Below are positions 20,028 through 28,524 of a DNA stretch of 47,156 nt, piece by piece (position 1 is the first letter of the stretch; each line of letters begins with the position of its first letter). This DNA comes from Eubacteriales bacterium (GTDB lineage: Bacteria; Bacillota; Clostridia; Oscillospirales; UBA644). The notes beneath the pieces are model-generated. The model made no database searches. It was not told the origin of the DNA and worked only from the letters and a program-made list of their open reading frames with translations. Both the position numbers and the translations under genes were made by a program. The stretch lies in the NCBI GenBank assembly GCA_045647025.1, contig JAZRLW010000110.1:1-47156 (forward strand), written 5' to 3'.

Positions 20028-20464
20028 AATTTCTTATTATAAACGGCCCTAATCTCAATATGCTGGGCATAAGAGAACCCGAAGTATACGGAAACAGAAC
20101 CTTCAAAGACTTGGAAGGCCTTATAGTATCGGCTTGTCACGAGGCAGACGTAGACTACAAGCTTTTTCAGTCAAATTGCGAGGGCGAAATAGTAACCGAA
20201 ATACAGAAGGCCTACGAAACATTTGATGGCATCGTAATTAATCCTGCCGCCTATACCCACACAAGCGTAGCCATTCTCGATGCCCTGAAGGCCGTGGGAA
20301 TCCCCACCGTGGAAGTCCACATATCCGACATTTCCGCCCGCGAGGAATTCCGCAAATTTTCCTATGTATCTCTTTATGCTGAAAAAACCATAGCAGGACA
20401 CGGCTTCGAAGGATACAGGGAAGCCATCCTTTACCTTAAAGAAAAACTTGATTCTATTTCTTGA
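20024..20464 (+). CDS. aroQ: Type II 3-dehydroquinate dehydratase
   Basis: [23 protein letters not shown] is typical of AroQ. The ATG at 20024 overlaps the stop of the upstream gene (ATGA). Confidence 0.9.
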   Translation: [146 protein letters not shown]

Positions 20465-21281
20465 TAGTGATGGTATAGACTACTCTATCGTCAAAATCGG
20501 TATTTTCCGTGTGTGCGGTTATACCTGCAGCTCGGAGCATTTTAACGGTTTTTTCTATAGTGTTTAAGCAGACCCGCATGTCTCCTATATACCCCTTCGC
20601 TTTTGGCGGAGGGGATTTTTTTATGAGCATACGGATACCGTCGGGAGTACCGTCGGAGGTATTAAATAGGCGCTCTGTATATCTCTCAAACTCCCCTATG
20701 CTCATATCCTTATCGGCGGCAACCTTTACCGCCTCACTCATAACCTCGGGCGGGAGCTTTAAGAGAGCTCTTGCGTGACGCTCCGAAAGGCCGTATTTCA
20801 AAACCTCTTTACGAACCAAGGGCGGAATACGTAAAAGCCGCAACTTATTTGCCACCGCAGATTGGCTTTTCCCTATTCTGGAAGCCACCTCCGATTGACT
20901 CAGCCCAAGATCTTCGATAATTGCGGAAATGCCGTGAGCCTGCTCAAAAAAATCCAGATCCTTACGCTGTAAATTTTCAACAAGAGCAAGAATTGCGGAG
21001 CCCTCATCATCAACATCGATAACTATACAGGGGACACTCTTCAGTCCTACCATTTTGCAGGCGCGCAATCGCCTTTCCCCTGCAACAAGACGGTAATTTC
21101 CATCCCCGTCGTAGCATACGGTCAAGGGCTGTATAACCCCCAGCACTCTGATGCTTTGGGCAAGGCTGACAAGATCGTCAAAGTCAAAATATTTTCTCGG
21201 TTGCTTAGGGTTTGGTTTTATGGAGTCTATGGGAATGACTCTGAATATTTTTTTATCCCTTTCTTCGGTATTTTCGTTCAT
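20454..21281 (-). CDS. ParB/Spo0J/Noc-family protein (orphan, no adjacent ParA)
   Basis: ParB N-terminal domain with GERRLRA, plus an HTH (SQSEVASRIGKSQSAVANKLRLL). The ATG at 21281 has SD AAAGGAGA. The longer ORF would start upstream of the promoter. Confidence 0.8.
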   Translation of the reverse strand: MNENTEERDKKIFRVIPIDSIKPNPKQPRKYFDFDDLVSLAQSIRVLGVIQPLTVCYDGDGNYRLVAGERRLRACKMVGLKSVPCIVIDVDDEGSAILALVENLQRKDLDFFEQAHGISAIIEDLGLSQSEVASRIGKSQSAVANKLRLLRIPPLVRKEVLKYGLSERHARALLKLPPEVMSEAVKVAADKDMSIGEFERYTERLFNTSDGTPDGIRMLIKKSPPPKAKGYIGDMRVCLNTIEKTVKMLRAAGITAHTENTDFDDRVVYTITIKK

Positions 21282-21318
21282 GGACAAATCTCCTTTAGGG
21301 GTTGTTGTGTGTGGTATA

Positions 21319-21347
21319 ATTATAACAGAATACCCCTTTTCTTTCAA
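21319..21347 (-). promoter_or_regulatory. Sigma-A promoter for the ParB-like gene
   Basis: Minus strand reads TTGAAA (21347-21342), 17-nt spacer, TATAAT (21324-21319). Confidence 0.55.
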
Positions 21348-21446
21348 GAAAAACCGTTCGTCACACATTTTCGGAATACGCCTTTACATACCTAAAATCC
21401 CCCTAATACTTCCCTCTTCCACATTTTTTATTCTTCTTTTGTCGAA

Positions 21447-21486
21447 ACAAAAAAAATGCCGTTCCTACTTGAACGGCATTTTTCTT
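21447..21486. terminator. Bidirectional intrinsic terminator (ends the ABC exporter transcript)
   Basis: Perfect 10-bp stem AATGCCGTTC/GAACGGCATT with a 6-nt loop, flanked by an A-run and a T-run. Confidence 0.8.
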
Positions 21487-23500
21487 ATTCTTTTTCAAAT
21501 CCGTGAGGTCTTTCTCCCCTTTTGCCAAAGGGTGGTGGAGGGAAGGGAAACTTCTTCTCCGAGACTAATGACTCATAAGGCTCAGAGGTATCTCTGTATC
21601 TCTTTGCCTGAGTATTAAAGAGCTCGGCGTACTTGCCGTTAAGCTGAATAAGCTCACGGTGGCTACCGATTTCTACTATCTCTCCGTTTTCAAGAACGAT
21701 TACGGTGTCGGCAATTGTGGCGCTTGAAAGCCTATGAGAAACGAATATTGTGGTCTTACTGCCCCTGAGCTCGTCAAATTGAGAGAATATCTCCTGCTCG
21801 GCCATGGGATCAAGAGATGCGGTGGGCTCGTCAAGAATCATTATATCCGAATCGCGGAAGAATGCTCTGGATACTGCAATCTTTTGCCACTGGCCTATGG
21901 AAAGCTCAAGGCCACCCTCCTCAAACTGTCTGGTGAGGGGAGTATCGTAAGAGTTTGATAGCTTTGCAATAAACTCGTTTGCACTACTCTTTTCAGATGC
22001 AGCAATAATGCCTTCGCGGTCGTCTTTTCGCTCTATCTGGCCAAAGCCTATATTTTCGCCCACGGTAAAAGCATACTTTCCGAAATCCTGGAAGATGATT
22101 CCAAAAACGCTGTATATATCTTCGGTGGCATACTCGCGAATATCGTGTCCGTCAAAGAGAATAACACCCTCCGTAGGGTCGTAAAGCCTGGTAAGTAATT
22201 TGAGCAGGGTGGTCTTTCCCGCCCCGTTCAGACCTACAAGAACGGCCGTTTCGCCGCCTTTTATGGTAAGGTTGATATTCTTAAGCACTTTTTTCTCGGT
22301 ACCGGGATAGCAGAAAGACACGTTCTTAAACTCTATAACGTGATTTATATGTCTTTCCACTCGTCTGGGCTGAGACAGGGAAGGAACTACGGTGGGATCT
22401 TCCTCCATAAAGGCTATCATGTTGTCTATAAAGAGGGTTCCCTCGTATATACCAGCTGAGGTATTCACTATATCGGACACCCCGCCCGAAATGGAAAATA
22501 ACGCGCCCGAATAAAGATTGAAGTCACCTACGGAAAGGATTCCATCAAAGATCCCTTTTGCGATAAGAACAAGTACGGAGCCGTTAACTCCGGTATGGAC
22601 TACATTAAGTGCCATTCCCCAGAAGCTTTCGCCGTATATGAGGCTCTTTATGCCCTTGAAGTAGTTATTAAATACCTCTTTATACTTTGCAATAAAGGTG
22701 TCGGCCAGATTGAAAAGCTTTATTTCCTTGACCATATCCTTGTTGACGATGAGGTTTGAGAAATAGTCCATTTGACGCCTGTCCTTTGAACGGCGACGGA
22801 CGTAACCGAACATCTTTTTCCTGTAATGATAATGGATAATGGCAGAGGGTATAGCCATTACAATAAGTACTGCTGGAGCCCAATTAAGAAATGCGCCAAG
22901 AATAACTATATAGCTGACCAGACTTATAAATGCGGAAACTATAGAGAAGGATGCCTGCAAAACACTTAAAGGACGGTTTCCCGCCTCTCTGTTTGCATTT
23001 TCAAGCTTGGAATAAAATTCGGGCAGGTCAAAGGACGCAAGGTCTATTGTCTTGGCCTTGTTCATGATCTTGAGTTTAATACTGTATACCAATACTTCGT
23101 TGGATATACGGTTTATCATATTATTGGCAGAATGAATAAGTCTTACAGCCAACTGATATCCAAGCTGTAACACCAAAAGTCCGCCAAGCACCCAGAAGTC
23201 GTCGCCTAACTGTCCTGTCGCGGCTAATGCCAGATTATCAAGAAGGGCCTTGGATATATATGAACCAATAACGGGAACTACACCGTTAAATATGGCCATA
23301 AATGTCATAAGCAAAAGTATCCAGGGTCTTGCATCCCAAACAAGCTTATAAATGTAAAGCAACCTGCGGGCAGTATCCTTAAGGCTTTTAAATATAAAGG
23401 GAATCCAATCCTTCAGCTTTTCGGGCTTTTGCACATGAACATCAGACCCTCTTGGATGGGGCATGCCCATACCGCCAAAGCCACCCATTCCTCCGTACAT
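21485..23500 (-). CDS. ABC exporter, fused permease and ATPase (type I half-transporter) with low-complexity tails
   Basis: Six-TM domain, Walker A GLNGAGKTT, signature LSIGQWQ and Walker B IMILDEPT. SD AAGGAG lies 7 nt upstream of the ATG. Confidence 0.9.
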   Translation of the reverse strand: MYGGMGGFGGMGMPHPRGSDVHVQKPEKLKDWIPFIFKSLKDTARRLLYIYKLVWDARPWILLLMTFMAIFNGVVPVIGSYISKALLDNLALAATGQLGDDFWVLGGLLVLQLGYQLAVRLIHSANNMINRISNEVLVYSIKLKIMNKAKTIDLASFDLPEFYSKLENANREAGNRPLSVLQASFSIVSAFISLVSYIVILGAFLNWAPAVLIVMAIPSAIIHYHYRKKMFGYVRRRSKDRRQMDYFSNLIVNKDMVKEIKLFNLADTFIAKYKEVFNNYFKGIKSLIYGESFWGMALNVVHTGVNGSVLVLIAKGIFDGILSVGDFNLYSGALFSISGGVSDIVNTSAGIYEGTLFIDNMIAFMEEDPTVVPSLSQPRRVERHINHVIEFKNVSFCYPGTEKKVLKNINLTIKGGETAVLVGLNGAGKTTLLKLLTRLYDPTEGVILFDGHDIREYATEDIYSVFGIIFQDFGKYAFTVGENIGFGQIERKDDREGIIAASEKSSANEFIAKLSNSYDTPLTRQFEEGGLELSIGQWQKIAVSRAFFRDSDIMILDEPTASLDPMAEQEIFSQFDELRGSKTTIFVSHRLSSATIADTVIVLENGEIVEIGSHRELIQLNGKYAELFNTQAKRYRDTSEPYESLVSEKKFPFPPPPFGKRGERPHGFEKE

Positions 23501-23556
23501 ATTTTCACTCCTTATTTAAATCAGAATAGCCGTAATAGTAGTACCAATCTACTAAA

Positions 23557-23596
23557 GGGGGCCGTCGCAAATCATATTTGCAACAGCCCCCTTTTT
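23557..23596. terminator. Long imperfect hairpin between the eight-gene operon and the ABC exporter (weak or leaky terminator)
   Basis: GGGGGC/GCCCCC outer stem with an inner TGCAAAT/ATTTGCA stem. On the coding (minus) strand only TTT follows; the T5 run is on the plus strand. Confidence 0.4.
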
Positions 23597-23618
23597 CAGA
23601 CACTTGTCTTTTATTTAA

Positions 23619-24623
23619 TTATTCTACAAGACCGCTTCGTTCAATACTCTGTACGAAATATCTCTGGCAGAACAAGAACACGAGAAGAAGGGGTGCGATG
23701 AGGAGCAGAGATGCAGTATCAAGGAGGGTCGCCTGCTGGAGAGCGTCGGCGGTGGTACTCTTTGTTACGTTCTTAATGGTATTGGTGAGTATGGGTAACT
23801 CAGAAATAAGCATATCGTTGTAGGTAGTATCCGTCCACTGCCATGTAAAGGCAAAGAGGAATACGGTGATCATCATGTTCATAGCGTTGGGAAGCATGAT
23901 GACGAAGAAGGTTTTAAGATGGCCTGCACCGTCTATGTAGGCGGAAGCTTCAAGTTCTTTAGGCATACCGCGGAAGAACTGACGCATCATGTAAATGTAA
24001 AGACCATTCTTAAGACCCATACCCGTGGCAGACATCAGTACCAAGGGCCAGAAGGTATTCAGCAGGTTGAAACCGAACATGTTGCTGAATATTTCGAACA
24101 AAGGAATGGTGATAGTCTGTGTGGGGATTATAAGGGTAAGTATAACACCAAAGAAGAGGACGTCGGAACCAAAGAACTTGAATCTCGCAAATCCGTAACC
24201 AACAAATGTGGAGATTGCAAGCTGGAAGACGGCAACCACCAAGGAGAGGATTGCAGTATAAAGCAATGCAACCCAATAGTCCATACTGAGAAGAGCCTTC
24301 TCAATAAAGTAGGTAGAACCTTCTCGGGGTATATACATAACCGTGGAGTCGGTAATATCATTGGTGCTCATGAAGGAAACGATGAGCTTTACAATGAAGG
24401 GGTACAGTATCATGAAAGAGATACCGAAGATGATTATAAAACGAAGAATTATCCAGCAGAATTTGCCAAGACCGTAGAGGTTAAGATTCTTTCTTCTCCA
24501 TCTTGCCCACTCCATATCGGTCATCTTCTTGGGCTTGATTCTGTCCCAGAAGCTGGGGTTTTCAACAGTAACAACCTCGCCGTTAGGGGTAATGATTTCT
24601 TTTTCTTTCTTGAAAATAGACAT
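23619..24623 (-). CDS. CUT1-type ABC importer permease (MalG-like), module B
   Basis: Six TM segments and the EAA loop LEASAYIDGAGHLKTFFVIMLP. The ATG at 24623 has SD GGAGG. Confidence 0.85.
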   Translation of the reverse strand: MSIFKKEKEIITPNGEVVTVENPSFWDRIKPKKMTDMEWARWRRKNLNLYGLGKFCWIILRFIIIFGISFMILYPFIVKLIVSFMSTNDITDSTVMYIPREGSTYFIEKALLSMDYWVALLYTAILSLVVAVFQLAISTFVGYGFARFKFFGSDVLFFGVILTLIIPTQTITIPLFEIFSNMFGFNLLNTFWPLVLMSATGMGLKNGLYIYMMRQFFRGMPKELEASAYIDGAGHLKTFFVIMLPNAMNMMITVFLFAFTWQWTDTTYNDMLISELPILTNTIKNVTKSTTADALQQATLLDTASLLLIAPLLLVFLFCQRYFVQSIERSGLVE

Positions 24624-24636
24624 TCTACTTACCTCC

Positions 24637-25596
24637 TTAATCTTGATATACGACAAGCTTCTTAACAAGAACCCAAGCTATAGCGACGAATGCAAGAACA
24701 ACGACGGTATATACCCAGGAAAGAGCGGAAGCAAGTTCGTAGGTTGCGGCGTTACCCATATATGTGTTGATATAAAGGATAGCGGCGTTATCGGACTTAA
24801 GGAAGAGGTCGATAACCGTGTAGATGAGGTTAACGAGAATAAGGGGAGAAATCATGGGGAAGGATATCTTCCAGAAAACTTCCCAACCTGTAGCACCCTC
24901 AACCTTTGCGGCTTCGTACATACTGATTGAAATACCCTGAAGACCCGAAAGGAATACCAGCATCTGAACACCGGAAGAGGTGATAACCGAGTACAGACCG
25001 TCAATGGCGCCCAAAACTATACCCGAAAGAGTGGGGTTATTAAGGGCGGAGGTGATAACCTCTCTGAGCTGGTTATAATTGAAGATGTTTGCGGCACCGG
25101 AGGCGCTGGCTCCACCTACCTCCAGCTTTTCGCCGGAGTTGTAGGTGTCGAGCATAGAGCTCATTTCTTCAAATTCTCTCATAATACCCGTAGAAATAAT
25201 AACGGGGATGAAGAATATAACACGGGCTACCGTTCTACCAAGGAACTTCTGGTTAAGAACGTTTGCCATAAAGAATGCGAAGATAATGATAACGAATATC
25301 TGGGGAATGAGGGACGTTACCGATTCGATAACGGTTCTCAGGAAGCCCTCTTCTACGAAGAGAGCCTGACGGTAGTTTTCCCAACCTACAAAAGAGGTCT
25401 GGAAACCTTTTCCCTTTACGATTTCGATTTCACTGAAGGAGTAAATAATAGACTGAACGAGCACGGGGATATACATTATTGCAAGACCGATTATGATAGG
25501 TAAGCAGAATACATATCCAAAAAGGCTGTTCTTTCTTTCGAGGGTCAGAAACGAAGCTTTTCTGGCCTTAACTGTTTTCTTTGCCTGTACGCTCAT
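24637..25596 (-). CDS. CUT1-type ABC importer permease (MalF-like), module B
   Basis: TM profile and the EAA loop YEAAKVEGATGWEVFWKISFP. Confidence 0.85.
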   Translation of the reverse strand: MSVQAKKTVKARKASFLTLERKNSLFGYVFCLPIIIGLAIMYIPVLVQSIIYSFSEIEIVKGKGFQTSFVGWENYRQALFVEEGFLRTVIESVTSLIPQIFVIIIFAFFMANVLNQKFLGRTVARVIFFIPVIISTGIMREFEEMSSMLDTYNSGEKLEVGGASASGAANIFNYNQLREVITSALNNPTLSGIVLGAIDGLYSVITSSGVQMLVFLSGLQGISISMYEAAKVEGATGWEVFWKISFPMISPLILVNLIYTVIDLFLKSDNAAILYINTYMGNAATYELASALSWVYTVVVLAFVAIAWVLVKKLVVYQD

Positions 25597-25611
25597 ATGT
25601 TTTTAACCCCC

Positions 25612-28509
25612 TTACTCAAAAATTACATAGTCTTTTGCAGGAACGGTAATTATTGTACCGTCAGCTGCAGCCAACTGAATATCAAAGGAATTGTAGTTTA
25701 CGTAAACTGTGTACTGATCACCATATACGGTCTTGTAAACGCTGTCTACCCAAACACGAGTATCTTCCTTAACTATCTTTCTACCTTCTCTGTAACCGGG
25801 ATCGCCGGGCTGGAGATAGGTAACCTCACCGCCTGCAATATAAACTTTTCTATCATAGGTAGAATAGCCTTCATGCTGGGTAATGGGAAGAGAAGCAACC
25901 TTATCGAGAACAACCTTAACGGTATTGTAAACCTCAAGAGCTGTGTCATAAGAGTTGTTATAGTTAAGAGAATACCAATTGGTAAATGCAGTGTTGTAGA
26001 GGATCGTATCTTCTTCACCCATCCAACGGAAGTATACGTTACTACCGGTTTCTATACAGTAAAGAATGAGATCTTCATAGTTTGCGTTGATATTGAAGGC
26101 CTCAGGCGCGTAATATACGTAGCCGTGAAGAACCATCTGGATGAAGGGTATTGATTCCTTGGAAGAGAGATATTCAGAAGAGCCCATGGGCATATTGAGA
26201 ATATGGTCTGCACTGTTCCAGGTGTAATCATTACCGTTATCAACCATAAGCTCGTAATCCTTAAATACTTCAAGAGCCTGGAGCTGATACTCGTAAGACT
26301 TGGTTCTGTTAACGTTACGGTTGGTCTTATAGTTGGAGTTGAGATATTCACCCATAGCGGCGAGAGATATCTGACCGTTACCGATAATCTTAGAGTAAGA
26401 AGCCTCAAAGTTTGCAGCCATCTCGGGAAGAATATCGGGAGAGATAATGGTCTTCTTGAAATCGTCGGTCTGAGCCAAGGAACCGGAAGCAGGGCTTCTC
26501 ATATTAACGGTGGCAAGACGCATATCAAGTCTACGGGCAGAATCCTGAGAGTAGTTAAATCCGTCTCTCACAGTATCTCTGTAAACGTACTGCATATCAG
26601 CGTTGGGGAAGAATCCGTAATCGTTTTCAGTACAGTACTCAACAAGAGATGTAAGTTCTTTCTTGCTGCCGAGAAGGTCGAGAAGTTCAACCTCGTTGTA
26701 AGCGGTATTGTAGAAACCGCCGTTAGACCAGTAGAGATAACGAGCGTTTACGTTCTCAATACCGTCAGCATTAAGCTTTTCAAGAACTTCAAGTATATCG
26801 GAATAAGTGGTGAGAGCCTTTTTCTTTACGGTGGGAACACCGGCTACGGATTCGGTCTTCTCAAAGCTTCCGATAAAGTCGATATAGAGCTGGGTAGTTG
26901 CATCAGAAATGGTTTCTGCGGGAAGTTTACCGGCTTCTATAAGATAATTTCTGTATTCTTCAGCGTACTCAGAATAGGTCTTTCCACCCTCACCGAACAT
27001 ATAGCGAACTACAAAGTTTGCTATGGTTTCGTCCTTTGCAAGAACAACACCGGAGCCGGAGGAGTCGGTAGAAGCTCCGCCTACGGACTGACCGCCGGAA
27101 TAGGTACGGTAATCACGCTCGGAATATACAAGATCAAAGTTAAGAGAAGCAACAGGATTGCTTACCTCGTTATAGGGTCTTGCGGAAATGAATGCCTGGG
27201 CAGCGCCATCCTCAAGAACCATCATCATGCTTCCGCCCAACTTACCGTAGGTACCTTCATCGGAATAGTCACCTCTGTCGTATATACCGAAGCCCGAGAG
27301 AACGGGAGCGGACTGGCCGGAAAGAATACTGGGGTTAAAGGTTTCGTCACTGCCGTAAACGCGGGCAGAGTAAGCATCAGTGGTCATGTTACCAAAGAGA
27401 GGCATAACGGAACCGGAGCCGTCGGGAAGGATCATGTACTTAGTATCATCGGATGTATCTGCTGCCTCAACTGCGCCGAATGCTCTGTAGAAGTATATCT
27501 TATAGAGCTTCTGCTTTTCGGGAGCAAGTATCAACGAAGTATCAACGTTAAGGGTAAGACCCTTTTCGTCAAGGCTGATATCTACGGGAATGGTGTACAT
27601 AACAGCACGTTCAGGACCGGAGTAGTCAACCTTCTCCATTTCCTGCTTCAGCATTTCAACGGTAAAGCCGATAGCTGTAAGAGCGTTCTTAACGTTATTC
27701 TTCTGCTTGGAGGTCAAGCTACGACCGATATAAAGTGCTTCGTAGTCAAGAGTGGGATAGTATGCAAGATACTGTTCCTTAACCTCGAGAGAAAGGGAAT
27801 CAGGTTCGTTAAGATTGTAGGAAGTCTGGATAGCCTTTTTGTAGGTCTTTGCAGCTCCCGCATCGGGAATCTTATCTATCTGCTCCATTATCCAGTTGTA
27901 GGTGCTGACTGTAAGAACGGGAGGAACGAGTTCCTTATCGGGGTCATTACCGATGGTGTAGATGACTCTGATGGTATTATCGTCCATCTTCTTTATATAG
28001 AAGTTCTTATCAAGATAGCAGTTTTCATAGAAGTTAAACTCAAATCTCTTGTTGAGGGAGTCATAAGCTTCTATGGTAAGGGGAGCGTGGAGCTTTCCAC
28101 GCTTATCATCAGCCGTGGTGCTGAGTTCTTCACCGTCAGCCTTTACAGCGTTAGTGGGGTCGGAGTGGTAAACCATTCCGGTTTCCTTGTCATATACGGC
28201 GATGGAAGTATCATCAAAGTCAAAATAAAGAATATAATTGTCGTTTTCAATTACGTTTTTCATTCCGACGATACCAAGCCTCTTGTTTACGTCGTTCTTT
28301 CCAGAACCGCCCTTTACGGTATCATAATCGTCAGGGTCTATTACGTTTTCAAGGCTGCCGTCAAGGAGTTCAAGAATGTGAGCCTCTCTCTCTTCATCCG
28401 AAACATAGCCGGAAGAAGTAGTTGCCTTATCGCAAGATGAGAGGAGTACCGATAATGCAGCAAAGAGAACCGCAAAAACGGTGATCATTAAAAACTTTTT
28501 GATCTTCAT
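25612..28509 (-). CDS. 965-aa lipoprotein of unknown function (possibly DUF5696-like)
   Basis: Signal peptide with lipobox LLSSC, an SD and an uninterrupted 965-codon ORF. I found no solute-binding-protein, nucleotide-binding-domain or clear catalytic motif. The DUF5696 assignment rests on remembered gene-neighbourhood patterns, not a search. Confidence 0.55.
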   Translation of the reverse strand: MKIKKFLMITVFAVLFAALSVLLSSCDKATTSSGYVSDEEREAHILELLDGSLENVIDPDDYDTVKGGSGKNDVNKRLGIVGMKNVIENDNYILYFDFDDTSIAVYDKETGMVYHSDPTNAVKADGEELSTTADDKRGKLHAPLTIEAYDSLNKRFEFNFYENCYLDKNFYIKKMDDNTIRVIYTIGNDPDKELVPPVLTVSTYNWIMEQIDKIPDAGAAKTYKKAIQTSYNLNEPDSLSLEVKEQYLAYYPTLDYEALYIGRSLTSKQKNNVKNALTAIGFTVEMLKQEMEKVDYSGPERAVMYTIPVDISLDEKGLTLNVDTSLILAPEKQKLYKIYFYRAFGAVEAADTSDDTKYMILPDGSGSVMPLFGNMTTDAYSARVYGSDETFNPSILSGQSAPVLSGFGIYDRGDYSDEGTYGKLGGSMMMVLEDGAAQAFISARPYNEVSNPVASLNFDLVYSERDYRTYSGGQSVGGASTDSSGSGVVLAKDETIANFVVRYMFGEGGKTYSEYAEEYRNYLIEAGKLPAETISDATTQLYIDFIGSFEKTESVAGVPTVKKKALTTYSDILEVLEKLNADGIENVNARYLYWSNGGFYNTAYNEVELLDLLGSKKELTSLVEYCTENDYGFFPNADMQYVYRDTVRDGFNYSQDSARRLDMRLATVNMRSPASGSLAQTDDFKKTIISPDILPEMAANFEASYSKIIGNGQISLAAMGEYLNSNYKTNRNVNRTKSYEYQLQALEVFKDYELMVDNGNDYTWNSADHILNMPMGSSEYLSSKESIPFIQMVLHGYVYYAPEAFNINANYEDLILYCIETGSNVYFRWMGEEDTILYNTAFTNWYSLNYNNSYDTALEVYNTVKVVLDKVASLPITQHEGYSTYDRKVYIAGGEVTYLQPGDPGYREGRKIVKEDTRVWVDSVYKTVYGDQYTVYVNYNSFDIQLAAADGTIITVPAKDYVIFE

Positions 28510-28524
28510 AATCTTTCCTCCTCC

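Noticed and set aside
21485-23500. The ABC protein as the missing ATPase of the two importer-type permease pairs.
   Set aside because: Its nucleotide-binding domain is fused to its own six-TM exporter-type membrane domain. CUT1 importers use a separate MsmX/MalK-type ATPase, so that ATPase is more likely encoded elsewhere.
26203-28440. A 745-aa plus-strand ORF antisense to the 965-aa lipoprotein gene. Similar long antisense ORFs occur at 34322-35362, 6383-7303, 36420-37424, 39286-40017, 40017-40862, 23919-24665 and 9258-10085.
   Set aside because: Every one I checked by coordinate arithmetic (all of those listed except 23919-24665) is in exact codon register with the sense gene. In that frame, antisense stops arise only from sense TTA, CTA or TCA codons, which this genome evidently avoids. 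The translations are the Val/Ile/Gly/Leu-rich low-information sequence typical of shadow ORFs. They lack SD sequences, whereas the sense genes carry clear family motifs.
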